DNA of 43,660 nt from a virus. Taxonomy: Duplodnaviria; Caudoviricetes. The translations under genes were made by a program, and so were the position numbers. The notes beneath the pieces were generated by a model, which was not told where the DNA came from, did not search any database, and was given only the letters and a program-made list of their open reading frames with translations. This document shows, one piece after another, positions 35,714 through 43,660 of the stretch (its first letter is position 1; every line of letters starts with the position of its first letter). The stretch spans positions 1-43,660 of the IMG/VR virus record IMGVR_UViG_3300026863_000031; one strand, given 5' to 3'.

Positions 35714-38700
35714 ATGAGCGATCTGACCATTGCCGCTGAGGCCCTCAACCGTGTGTCAGCGCTCTACGGCGTTACTCGCGAGCAACTTGTTGAGGTCGCT
35801 GGCGGCCCAGCAGATGGCGGACCCAATGGCGACGGATGGTATCCGATCACGCTTGGCGATGGCGAGACGACGGTGTCGATGCCGTCGATCGCCAAAGTCC
35901 TGTCGCTCTACGCAGGCTCGCGCGGCCTTCTGAAAGGTAGCTGGGCAGAGCTTGAGGCCATTCTCGCGGAAAGCGAGGTCGGCACGCAGGCGAGCGTGGA
36001 TACCGCAGACAGCGGCACGCATGCTGAACCCGGCGTGGTGGGTCCGGTCCCGAATTCTGGCACCTATGAGCTCACTCAGGTCGGTGCCGATCCGAAGTAC
36101 TGGAAGCGCACGGGAAATCTGCTGGTCACGGATCTGCAGGCGGCCGTCGCCGAGGTGCAGGGGGCGATCGGGACAGTTGAAGAGATCGCGGGCAGCGTCC
36201 GCATTTCCTCGGGCAACTTGCTGGCCACCGCGGCGCCTTCTTTCTCGATGGGCGGCGGAGCGGAACCGACACCCGGCACGCAATGGGGAGTGACAATCCC
36301 AGCCGGGGAAGTCGGCGATACCTCGGCACAGGTTCGCCTTGCTCTCCCTTACGTGCCGCAGGACGGCGCGAAATCGACCTTTGAGGTGGCCATCCGAACC
36401 TCCGACACCTTTACCCGGACCGTGTACGCTGATCTTGTTGTATCGACAGCAACGAACCCGTTCGGGGTCCTCCGCACGGACGGTCTGACGGTGACGCCAA
36501 AGATCAACGGCGCGAGCCGGATTTACCAGTACGACTATGAGTTTCAGGGTGACGAGCTTGGGTTCTGGCCGCGCGTCCAGACGGTAACCGCGGCGCCTGC
36601 CGCGACTGAGGAGCGTTGGGAGGTCCTCGGCCTGACGGAGATTCGCGGCTTCGTCGTCGGAAACGCCGGGACCGCTTCGGACGAGATGCTGAACAGTCGG
36701 GTTCCTGACATCATGCGCCCGATCGTACAGCCGATGCGCGTCGGATCGGGTGACATCCTGCGAACGCTCGGCGCCTATGTTTCGACCAGCGGCGGCGCTC
36801 AGGCTGGCAACACTCCATTTGAACTCGTTATCCCCTCCGCCGAGACCGGTGACAGCGCGCAGGTGCAGGCGAGATGGGCGGTGGATGGCGCCGCGCTCGC
36901 GGACAAGCGAATCGAGATCAAGGTCCGCGTGCTGCCCAGCGAGGAATTTACACGTATCTGGAACGCGTTCTTCCTGATCGTCACGCCCGAGGCGCCGACC
37001 GGAGAGTTTCGTCCTTCCCGGATGAAAAGCGTGCTGACTTTTGAAGGCGCCGCGCGAATCTACACGATCACCTATCACTTTGTCGGGGACGAGACCGGGC
37101 TGTGGTACGCGGCGCTGCTCTCGGCCGGCAACACGCCTGCCCTCACCGAGGAGCGTCTCGCGATCACCGGCTTTTCGTGGGCGCCGCTTGAAGGTCCCGA
37201 CGCGCTCCGCTCCGCGGCGGATGTTGCTCTCGACGGACGCCTGTCCGCCGCGATTGCCGGATCGCAGGAATATGCCCGCACGATCGAGGTCGGTGCGGGC
37301 GGCGCGTATCCGCACGTCGAGGGCGCGCTCGCGTCGATCGCCGGCGCCAGCGCAGTCGGCCGATATCGCATCCGCTTCCACGGCACCATTGAGGGCGTGG
37401 CGGAGCTGTTCACCAAGGATTATGTCGATATCGCAGGGGCGAGCCGCGCCGCCACTTATCGATTCCGCAACCCCGCCGATGCCAGCGCCGCTGAGATCGA
37501 ATTCTCCTCGCTGGCGTGGCCGACGTCGCACACGCGCTTCTCCTACGGCAACTATGAGCTCGAGAACGGGCGCTACGTCTTCCATCCCGAGACCGCCGGC
37601 AGCGGGATCCGCGACAAATCGGTGACCTTCTTCAACATCACCGCGCGGCATCGGGGCAACGCGAGCGCGGTGAACAACACCTGGTCGCCGCAGTCGCAAG
37701 TTCCGATCGGCGCCGGCCTTTCGAGCGGGCACAAGCTGTTCGCCGATGCCAGCAAGCTCATCGGCGTCGGCGGAGCATTTGGCGGTCACAACAATGTCGG
37801 CGCCATCGAACCGATCCTGATCGAGATCAGCGACACGCTGCTCGCGACGACGACGCCCGGGTTGGCGGCGATGCGCTTCGCCCCGGTCGGCTCCAAGCAG
37901 CCTGACCTGATCCGCATCAACAACAACGGCTGGTGCGGCGATTTCGTCTATGGCACCGGCCAGGGCGCGCCATGGCTGCTGACTGACCTTGTCGATCAGC
38001 CGGCCTGGCAGAATGAGGCCGATGTCATCGGCCATGGCAATTCCGGCCTGCTCTTCCGCCCGATGGGGACCGGCGTGGCGCTCAAGATCGAGAGCGAGAC
38101 CATGGGCGGCGGCTCGATCGTGGAGATCGACGAAGCGGACCCGCTCTGGCCACTGATCCTCGGCGATGGCACGGCGCCCAGGCACGAGAAGATCGCCGGC
38201 TATCCCGGCCTCGCGGGCGCTGTGCTGGGCTGGGGCAACATCTCCGGCGTACCGGTCGGCTTCGACGGGCTGATCACCAACTCGCTCGCTGTTCGCCTCG
38301 GCGACCGCGCCAGCGCGCCGGTTGCCGGCAAGATTCGGATCGACGGCGGCGCGTGGCAGACGGTGACGATGGATGCGGACTTCACCGGGCAGGACAACCC
38401 GTCGATCGTCGCGGCCATTCAGGCGCAGATCGCAGGGGCGATCGTATCGGCCTATCCGATCGACCGCGACTTCATGGCGCGCCTCACCGACGAAGAATGG
38501 GTTGTCCGCAACGACACGGGCATCGGCTACCCGATGCGGACCGTCCTCGCATGGGATACGGTCAAGGGGCAGAATGTCCGCCCGATGACCGCCGCGGACC
38601 CGGTCTCGCGTCTCGCTGGCGTCTTGCTCGAGCGCTTGCCGCCTGGCGAGGTCGCGCGCGTCAAGAAGCCGGGTGGCCTCCTGCCCCTCAGCTGGGTGCG

Positions 38701-38830
38701 CCGCACCGACGCCGCCGCCGTCGCGCTGGGCGATGGGTTCAGCATCTCGACCGATGGTCAGGTGGCGAAAAGCGAAACCAAGCCGGTGCTGCGCGCGATC
38801 CGCGGCGACGCGTTCGAGGTGCTGGGATGA
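35714..38830 (+). CDS. Tail fibre/tailspike, possible polysaccharide depolymerase
   Basis: Fibre-type N-terminus (GGPNGDGWYPIT...PSIAK), tandem duplicated domain, and a beta-helix-cap-like IEVGAGGAYPHVEGAL. Confidence 0.75.
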   Translation: MSDLTIAAEALNRVSALYGVTREQLVEVAGGPADGGPNGDGWYPITLGDGETTVSMPSIAKVLSLYAGSRGLLKGSWAELEAILAESEVGTQASVDTADSGTHAEPGVVGPVPNSGTYELTQVGADPKYWKRTGNLLVTDLQAAVAEVQGAIGTVEEIAGSVRISSGNLLATAAPSFSMGGGAEPTPGTQWGVTIPAGEVGDTSAQVRLALPYVPQDGAKSTFEVAIRTSDTFTRTVYADLVVSTATNPFGVLRTDGLTVTPKINGASRIYQYDYEFQGDELGFWPRVQTVTAAPAATEERWEVLGLTEIRGFVVGNAGTASDEMLNSRVPDIMRPIVQPMRVGSGDILRTLGAYVSTSGGAQAGNTPFELVIPSAETGDSAQVQARWAVDGAALADKRIEIKVRVLPSEEFTRIWNAFFLIVTPEAPTGEFRPSRMKSVLTFEGAARIYTITYHFVGDETGLWYAALLSAGNTPALTEERLAITGFSWAPLEGPDALRSAADVALDGRLSAAIAGSQEYARTIEVGAGGAYPHVEGALASIAGASAVGRYRIRFHGTIEGVAELFTKDYVDIAGASRAATYRFRNPADASAAEIEFSSLAWPTSHTRFSYGNYELENGRYVFHPETAGSGIRDKSVTFFNITARHRGNASAVNNTWSPQSQVPIGAGLSSGHKLFADASKLIGVGGAFGGHNNVGAIEPILIEISDTLLATTTPGLAAMRFAPVGSKQPDLIRINNNGWCGDFVYGTGQGAPWLLTDLVDQPAWQNEADVIGHGNSGLLFRPMGTGVALKIESETMGGGSIVEIDEADPLWPLILGDGTAPRHEKIAGYPGLAGAVLGWGNISGVPVGFDGLITNSLAVRLGDRASAPVAGKIRIDGGAWQTVTMDADFTGQDNPSIVAAIQAQIAGAIVSAYPIDRDFMARLTDEEWVVRNDTGIGYPMRTVLAWDTVKGQNVRPMTAADPVSRLAGVLLERLPPGEVARVKKPGGLLPLSWVRRTDAAAVALGDGFSISTDGQVAKSETKPVLRAIRGDAFEVLG

Positions 38831-39258
38831 TGCCGACCGAGCCGACAATCCTCGAGGAGGGCGCCAAAATTGCAAGCGCGGGCGTTGGAGTTGGCGGCGG
38901 GTTTTTTGCGCTCCGCTGGCTAGTTGGATGGCTCACAGGGCGCATGGATCGGCGCCAGGAGGTGCTTGATGCGCAAGAGGGCAGCATCGATCAGGAGTGG
39001 AAGAATCTCCGCGAGGAGTTGAAACGCGATAATGCCGACTTGAAGCGCCGTATGGACTCTGTCGAAACGCAGAATTCGGCGCTGCGGCGGGCGTTCAATC
39101 ACGTCGCCGGCGCGTTGATCCGGATCGACCCGATGAACCCTGCTCTCGCGCAGGCGGATCAGATGCTCACGCAGGCCTTCCCGCTCGATTTTTCTCTGAC
39201 GACCGAGCGCGCGGAAGCGGCGCTCAACGCAACCGATCCGGCGCGACGCGCCGAATAG
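38827..39258 (+). CDS. Membrane-anchored coiled-coil protein (holin/antiholin-like)
   Basis: One hydrophobic segment plus coiled coil, directly before the endolysin. Confidence 0.65.
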   Translation: MMPTEPTILEEGAKIASAGVGVGGGFFALRWLVGWLTGRMDRRQEVLDAQEGSIDQEWKNLREELKRDNADLKRRMDSVETQNSALRRAFNHVAGALIRIDPMNPALAQADQMLTQAFPLDFSLTTERAEAALNATDPARRAE

Positions 39259-39273
39259 CCGAAAGGACGAACG

Positions 39274-39960
39274 ATGGACGTAGCGACGCTGCAGCGGCGC
39301 CTGAAGGCGCTTGGCCTCGATCCGGGGCCGGTGGACGGGATCGCAGGGACGAAGACGCGCGCCGCGATCCTTCGGGCATTGACCAATCGCAGCGCCCCGG
39401 CGCTGACGGCCAGTCAGATTGCGGGTGTTGCCGCCGATCTGCGCGTACCCGTCGGTCATATTCGCGGTGTGCGGACAGTGGAGGCGCCGCGTGGCGCGTA
39501 CGACGATCAGGGGCGTCCAACGACCCTGTACGAGCCGCATGTGTTCTCCAGGCAGAGCGAGCATCGCTTCGATCGATCGCATCCGAAACTGTCGTACAAG
39601 CAGTGGAAGTCGGGCGCCTACGGGCCGTTCAGCGTGCAGTACATCAAGTTGCTCGACGCCTGCGCGCTCGATCCCGGCGCGGCGTTTCAGGCGTGCAGCT
39701 GGGGCGCGTTTCAGGTGCTTGGCGAGAATGCGGTCGACCTGGATTATGAGGACGCGTTCGCGATGGTCGTCGCGTTGACCGTGAGCGAGGCGGCGCATCT
39801 CGACAGCTTCGTCCGGTTCGTCCGGTTCAAGAAGCTCGAGGACGAGTTGCGCGCGTGCCGGCCGGGCGACCCGAAAAGCTGCGAGGCGTTCGTCGCGGTC
39901 TACAACGGCACCGGGCAGGTGAAGAAGTACTCGGCCTGGCTGGCGGAGGCGATTCGATGA
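39274..39960 (+). CDS. Endolysin: peptidoglycan-binding domain plus N-acetylmuramidase (DUF3380)
   Basis: LQRRLKALGLDPGPVDGIAGTKT, then VE...LYEPHVF, SWGAFQVLGEN and YNG. Confidence 0.93.
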   Translation: MDVATLQRRLKALGLDPGPVDGIAGTKTRAAILRALTNRSAPALTASQIAGVAADLRVPVGHIRGVRTVEAPRGAYDDQGRPTTLYEPHVFSRQSEHRFDRSHPKLSYKQWKSGAYGPFSVQYIKLLDACALDPGAAFQACSWGAFQVLGENAVDLDYEDAFAMVVALTVSEAAHLDSFVRFVRFKKLEDELRACRPGDPKSCEAFVAVYNGTGQVKKYSAWLAEAIR

Positions 39961-40310
39961 ACGCGCCGTGGTGGCAGCGGCTGTCGCCGCGCGCCGATCT
40001 GGGCCGCCCACCATGGGAGGTTCGCGCCCTTCGCGTCGTCATCGGTCTCGTGATGATCGGAGCAGCGATCTCGACGCTCAACACCGTCCTGACCACCGAG
40101 AAGCCCATCCTTGAAGCGAACAAGCTTGAGGTGGGGATGATGATCGGTTGGATCATCGCGAAGACCGGCACGGTCATTGATTGGCTCTTTGGCGGTAGCG
40201 AGAGCGGCACCCGACGCGCCGACGCGCAGGCGCACAATCTGGAGCCGCGATCGGTCCAGATTGACCAGCCCCCCGAGGAACCAATCCCGGTGAAGCCCGC
40301 GGGCGAATGA
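39957..40310 (+). CDS. Holin-like two-TM membrane protein
   Basis: Two hydrophobic segments ending WLFGGS. ATGA overlap with the endolysin. Confidence 0.65.
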   Translation: MNAPWWQRLSPRADLGRPPWEVRALRVVIGLVMIGAAISTLNTVLTTEKPILEANKLEVGMMIGWIIAKTGTVIDWLFGGSESGTRRADAQAHNLEPRSVQIDQPPEEPIPVKPAGE

Positions 40311-40314
40311 CCCC

Positions 40315-40686
40315 GCCGGCGGGTTGCCGGCATCTCAATGCAAAGGTGAAATATGAGCTATTCGTTCAATGTGCGCGTGTCATCGGCCACGCTGGCCGCG
40401 GCTGCTGTCAGCAGCGAGTTCGACAAGATCGTCGAAGCCCAGCCCATCCATGCGGGCGATCGTGAGCAGGCGGAAGGCGTGGTCACCGCTCTTCTTCCGC
40501 TAGTCGCTGAGCCGGGTGAAGGTCAGGAGCTGTCCATCTCGGTCAACGGCTACATCAGCAAGTCCGACGACGCCGTGAGCGGTATCAGCGTCGGCGCGTC
40601 GATCCACGTCACCACAAAGGCCGAATGACCGCACGGCGGGGCACCAACCCCGCCGCCCCTCTGGCCGGCGGGTTGCCGGCATTTCA
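40315..40686 (+). repeat. Direct repeat GCCGGCGGGTTGCCGGCAT(C/T)TCA (40315-40337 and 40664-40686), each copy a hairpin
   Basis: 22 of 23 positions identical. Each copy is followed by AAAGG and an ATG. Confidence 0.85.
40353..40628 (+). CDS. Hypothetical protein
   Basis: AAAGGTG Shine-Dalgarno, 91 aa, flanked by the direct repeats. Confidence 0.75.
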   Translation: MSYSFNVRVSSATLAAAAVSSEFDKIVEAQPIHAGDREQAEGVVTALLPLVAEPGEGQELSISVNGYISKSDDAVSGISVGASIHVTTKAE

Positions 40687-40701
40687 CGAAAGGAGCGCGT
40701 C

Positions 40702-41145
40702 ATGCGCCGTATTCTTGTTCTGGCCGCCGCGGCGCTCGCGGTGGCCTGTACCCCCCTGTCCGATATCTCGCCGCCCGGCTCAACCACAGCGCGCGCCGAC
40801 GCGATCGAGAAGGTTGCCGCGGCGGCGGCTGACATTGCCGATGCGCTCGAGGTGGTGCCCCCGGCGACGATCGCCGGCAACACCACGATCCCGGAGCGCG
40901 GTGTCCGCGTCGCCTTCCTGTCGTTCGATGCGGCGCTGACCGCGGTCAACCTGGCGATCGATCTCAAGGCGATCACGCCGGGCAGTCCGGCCGCATTGCG
41001 GATCCGCGGCGGCGTGTTCGAGGTAAAGCGATGGCTCAATGCCGCGTCGGCCGCCCAGCGCGCCAGCAACGCGGCGAGCTATCGCGAGGCGCTGGAACAG
41101 GCGAAGCGCGCGCTTGCCGGCGTCCGAACCGAACTCGCGCGATAG
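40702..41145 (+). CDS. Lipoprotein in the lysis cassette (spanin-like position)
   Basis: MRRILVLAAAALAVAC lipobox and AAGGAG Shine-Dalgarno. Confidence 0.75.
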   Translation: MRRILVLAAAALAVACTPLSDISPPGSTTARADAIEKVAAAAADIADALEVVPPATIAGNTTIPERGVRVAFLSFDAALTAVNLAIDLKAITPGSPAALRIRGGVFEVKRWLNAASAAQRASNAASYREALEQAKRALAGVRTELAR

Positions 41146-41154
41146 GAGGCTCCC

Positions 41155-41382
41155 TTGGACATCAAGAAGATCATCGCCGCGGGCAAGGCTGTGGCCGCGC
41201 TCGATCCGCGCGTCGCCGGCGTTGTTGCTGCGGTCGAGGCAGTCATCGCGATCGTCGACGACGCGCGTGAGACCGTCACGATACCCGACGACCAGCTCGC
41301 CGAGCTGAGCGAGACGCGTGAGGCGCTGGAGGCGCGCGTCAATGCCAAGGCGGACGCCACGGCCGACCGGCTGGCCGGATAG
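41155..41382 (+). CDS. Small helical hypothetical protein
   Basis: AGGAGG Shine-Dalgarno with TTG start. Last gene of the late operon. Confidence 0.7.
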   Translation: MDIKKIIAAGKAVAALDPRVAGVVAAVEAVIAIVDDARETVTIPDDQLAELSETREALEARVNAKADATADRLAG

Positions 41383-41408
41383 GCCTGCTCCAGCCGTTGC
41401 CATCGGGA

Positions 41409-41447
41409 GGGCGTGCGCTGCTCTGCGGCGTGCGCCCTTTTTTGTTT
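41409..41447 (+). terminator. Intrinsic terminator ending the late operon
   Basis: GGGCGTGCGC...GCGTGCGCCC stem followed by TTTTTTGTTT. Confidence 0.85.
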
Positions 41448-41474
41448 CGCCGCTGCGTCTCGACTCTTGCTGAT

Positions 41475-41489
41475 GTTCTCATCATGTTC
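41475..41489 (+). promoter_or_regulatory. Alphaproteobacterial LexA (SOS) box
   Basis: GTTC-TCATCAT-GTTC is a perfect GTTC-N7-GTTC, 5 nt before the ATG at 41495. Confidence 0.75.
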
Positions 41490-41494
41490 CGCAC

Positions 41495-41821
41495 ATGCGA
41501 TTCGGCGGCGACCTGACAACGAAAGCATTCCTCGCGCTGGAGGAGGTGACGCAGGACTGTCGATTCTGCATCCCCGAGCGAACCTATGCCGTGCGCTTCG
41601 CGCTGGCCTATCTCTACGCGCTCAAGCCGGGTGACTCGTCGCCCTATGTCGAGTTCTGGCAGATGATGGCTGGGGAGAGCGACCTCTTTCGTTTCCAGTT
41701 CACCAACCGCACCTTGGACGCGATCTACCGGGCGCACGGCATCGAGCGCGAAGATCCGATGGCGCGGGATTTCTGGCAGGCTGCACAGGCTCGCGCGGCC
41801 CGGCGCGACGGAATCTCCTAG
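41495..41821 (+). CDS. Hypothetical protein, probably SOS-inducible
   Basis: Stand-alone ORF after the late terminator, preceded by the LexA box. Confidence 0.75.
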   Translation: MRFGGDLTTKAFLALEEVTQDCRFCIPERTYAVRFALAYLYALKPGDSSPYVEFWQMMAGESDLFRFQFTNRTLDAIYRAHGIEREDPMARDFWQAAQARAARRDGIS

Positions 41822-41897
41822 CTGAGCCAGCCATAGACCGCGAGCGCCGCGCTAAGCAGCAACAATCCGGAGATCAGCGCGACCTCCGCCGCCCGCG

Positions 41898-42125
41898 CTA
41901 TTCGTCGGGCCATCCGATTTCCGCCTCGCCGATGCCGAGATAACGCTCGAGCTTCCGGCGATCGGCCGGCTCGAGCCAGTCCGGCCGGCCGTTGCGAACC
42001 CAGTCCGACAGAAAGCGGTCCGCCTTCCCGATGATCCGCGAGAGTGAGGCGAGCGTTTCGCCGCGCTCCTCAGCCCGTTCACGAAGGCGCTGTCGCGCTT
42101 GGATCTGTGTTGGCCACGGCTTCAT
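41898..42125 (-). CDS. Small HTH DNA-binding protein
   Basis: RGETLASLSRIIGK...LSDWVRNGRP...DRRKLERYLGI resembles repressor N-terminal domains. Confidence 0.7.
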   Translation of the reverse strand: MKPWPTQIQARQRLRERAEERGETLASLSRIIGKADRFLSDWVRNGRPDWLEPADRRKLERYLGIGEAEIGWPDE

Positions 42126-42379
42126 TGCTCGAGGGCCTTCCTTTCCCCGTTCTCGAAATAAATCGCTGCCAGCTCGTTCTCGTGCAGCTTCGCGAACTCG
42201 ACCGGGATGCCGAGATAGCTGCGCGGCAAGGGCTGTGCCGGGTCGCCCTCGGCAAACTTGCCGTCAGCCTTTTCCAGAACATCATGCCAATCGTCTTCCC
42301 GCACCGCGAACTTGGCCGGCACACGGCCCTCGGCGTGCACCGTGTCGAGCAGGTTCTCCATCGCATCGGTCGTCTTCAT
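42122..42379 (-). CDS. Hypothetical protein
   Basis: AGGAGG Shine-Dalgarno right after the int stop. ATGA coupling to the HTH gene. Confidence 0.7.
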   Translation of the reverse strand: MKTTDAMENLLDTVHAEGRVPAKFAVREDDWHDVLEKADGKFAEGDPAQPLPRSYLGIPVEFAKLHENELAAIYFENGERKALEQ

Positions 42380-42388
42380 GCCACCCTC

Positions 42389-43660
42389 CTAGTTCCGTTT
42401 GCCTTCGAGCAGCGTCGCCGCGGGGCGCGCGTCGCCCAGCACCATATCCGCCCAGATCTGCGCGAGCTCAACACGTCGATCCATGTGCGCCGCGCGGTTA
42501 TAGGCTCCCTCGACCTTATCCTCGGCGACGTGCGCCAACATCAGGTTGATGACCTCGCGATCGTCCGGCCGCCCTTCCCTTCGCCGCCACTCGTTCATGA
42601 TCGACGAGAAGGATGAGCGATAGCCGTGCGTGCAGTGCTTGTAGTGGTAGGCACCGCTGCGCGCACGGATGATGAGCGCCCGGACCGCGTTCTCGGTCAT
42701 CGGCCGGTGCGCGTGCCGATCGTTCGGGAAGACATAGGGCAGATGCCCGGTGAGCGGTCGGATCGCCTCGAACACCTCCACGGCCTGCCGTGACAGCGGC
42801 GCGAGGAACTCGAACGTCTCATCGTCCTTGAGCCGGAGCATCAGCTTCATTTCGCTCGGCGGCACCCGCCACAGCGGGTTGGGGCCGTCGAGGCCTTCCA
42901 GATGCTCCCATCGGCAATGCCGCTGCACAGACGACCGGACGGCCGTCAGGGCAACCAGTCGGTTCGCGAGCTTGGTCACCGGACTGGCGCGCTCCGCCTC
43001 GACGTCCGCGATCATGGCGCGCAATTCATCGAGGTCGGTAATCGCCGGCTGCTTCGTGGACTTCGGTTTCGGCTTGAGCAGCGACTTGATGACGGCGGCC
43101 GGGTCGCCGCTGCGCAGACCCGCGGCGGCGGCAAAGGCGAAGATGTCGCTTGCCCGTTGCCGCAGCCGGGCGGCTGTCTCGATCGCGCCGCGGCGCTCGA
43201 CCTTTCGCAGCGCGTCGAGCAACAGCGCTTCGGTCACGTCCTTGACTGGCAGCGACCCGATTGCCGGGAACAGGTCGTTCTCAAGGCTGGTGATGACATT
43301 GCCAGTATGCACCTCGCCCCAACGCGGCGCGTTCAGCGCGTGCCACGACCGGGCGCATGCCTCGAACGTCTGCTCCGCGCCGATCGCCTGGGCGGCCTTC
43401 TGCTGCTTCCGCTCGACGCCCGGATCGCGGCCTTCGCGCACCGCCCGCTTCGCCGCGTCGCGCTTCTCGCGCGCCTCCGCGAGCGAGACCTCGGGATACA
43501 GCCCGAAGGTCAGGAGCTTTTCTTTCTCGCCGAACCGGTATTTGAGCCGCCACGAGCGCGAGCCTGTCGGCGACACGAGCAGGAACAACCCACCACTGTC
43601 GGAGAGCTTGTAGGGTTTCTCTTTTCCCTTCGCCTTGCGCGCCTGCGTATCCGTCAGCAT
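42389..43660 (-). CDS. int: Tyrosine integrase, P4-like, with arm-binding N-domain
   Basis: MLTDTQARKAK...YKLSDSGGLFLLVSPTGSRSWRLKYR. Catalytic R (TAVR), HGYR, LAH and AYNR. Confidence 0.97.
   Translation of the reverse strand: MLTDTQARKAKGKEKPYKLSDSGGLFLLVSPTGSRSWRLKYRFGEKEKLLTFGLYPEVSLAEAREKRDAAKRAVREGRDPGVERKQQKAAQAIGAEQTFEACARSWHALNAPRWGEVHTGNVITSLENDLFPAIGSLPVKDVTEALLLDALRKVERRGAIETAARLRQRASDIFAFAAAAGLRSGDPAAVIKSLLKPKPKSTKQPAITDLDELRAMIADVEAERASPVTKLANRLVALTAVRSSVQRHCRWEHLEGLDGPNPLWRVPPSEMKLMLRLKDDETFEFLAPLSRQAVEVFEAIRPLTGHLPYVFPNDRHAHRPMTENAVRALIIRARSGAYHYKHCTHGYRSSFSSIMNEWRRREGRPDDREVINLMLAHVAEDKVEGAYNRAAHMDRRVELAQIWADMVLGDARPAATLLEGKRN

Larger units (their letters stand above)
1..43660. 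mobile_element. Temperate siphovirus-type prophage with lambdoid organisation, probably from an alphaproteobacterial host
   Basis: Ordered modules: early-left, CI/Cro switch, replication, terminase-portal-capsid, tail, lysis, integrase. No att sites are visible inside the window. Confidence 0.97.

Noticed and set aside
33188-38830. Diversity-generating retroelement or invertible tail-fibre cassette
   Set aside because: No reverse transcriptase or invertase gene and no near-identical template/variable repeat pair were seen. The tailspike duplication is old and visible only at protein level.
38827-38832. Holin dual-start motif (Met-Met)
   Set aside because: There is no charged residue between the two Met codons, and the pattern is explained by overlap with the upstream stop codon.
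35756-38875. 1039-aa antisense ORF opposite the tailspike, and similar long antisense ORFs (8711-10687, 17637-19334, 28032-30101, 33596-35380)
   Set aside because: These are shadows of GC-rich sense-strand codon usage. They are Arg/Ala-rich, show no motifs and mirror real genes.
40315-40686. CRISPR mini-array interpretation of the 23-bp repeat
   Set aside because: Only two copies, about 350 bp apart and separated by a gene, with no cas genes.
1-43660. attL/attR sites or a target tRNA gene
   Set aside because: The window starts at a stop codon and ends at the int start codon. I saw no terminal direct repeat or tRNA, so these probably lie outside.

Overview
The window is a near-complete, apparently intact temperate siphovirus-type prophage. 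It is GC-rich and most likely from an alphaproteobacterial host (Sphingomonadaceae-like), inferred from a GapR homologue and a GTTC-N7-GTTC LexA box. From left to right it carries: a leftward early operon of mostly hypothetical genes, including DUF1643 and a UVR-motif protein; a lambda-like switch (HIRAN protein and CI/S24 repressor opposite Cro) with readable OL/OR operators; a rightward early region (CII-like, cupin, GP88-like, SNF2-like helicase/N-methyltransferase fusion, GapR, DnaN, C5 methyltransferase with a nested second-frame ORF, replication initiator, and a NusG paralogue in the Q position); a candidate cos site, lambda gpA-type terminase, portal and protease-capsid fusion; tail genes with a -1 frameshift chaperone, a tape measure carrying an M23 peptidase and a large tailspike; a lysis cassette; a LexA-boxed orphan gene; and a P4-type tyrosine integrase. 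The most notable observations are the nested methyltransferase subunit gene, the NusG paralogue followed by a structured RNA leader, the cupin/GP88/methyltransferase cluster, the SOS-boxed orphan and the repeated hairpin in the lysis cassette. All calls come from reading motifs by eye; no searches or computations were run.
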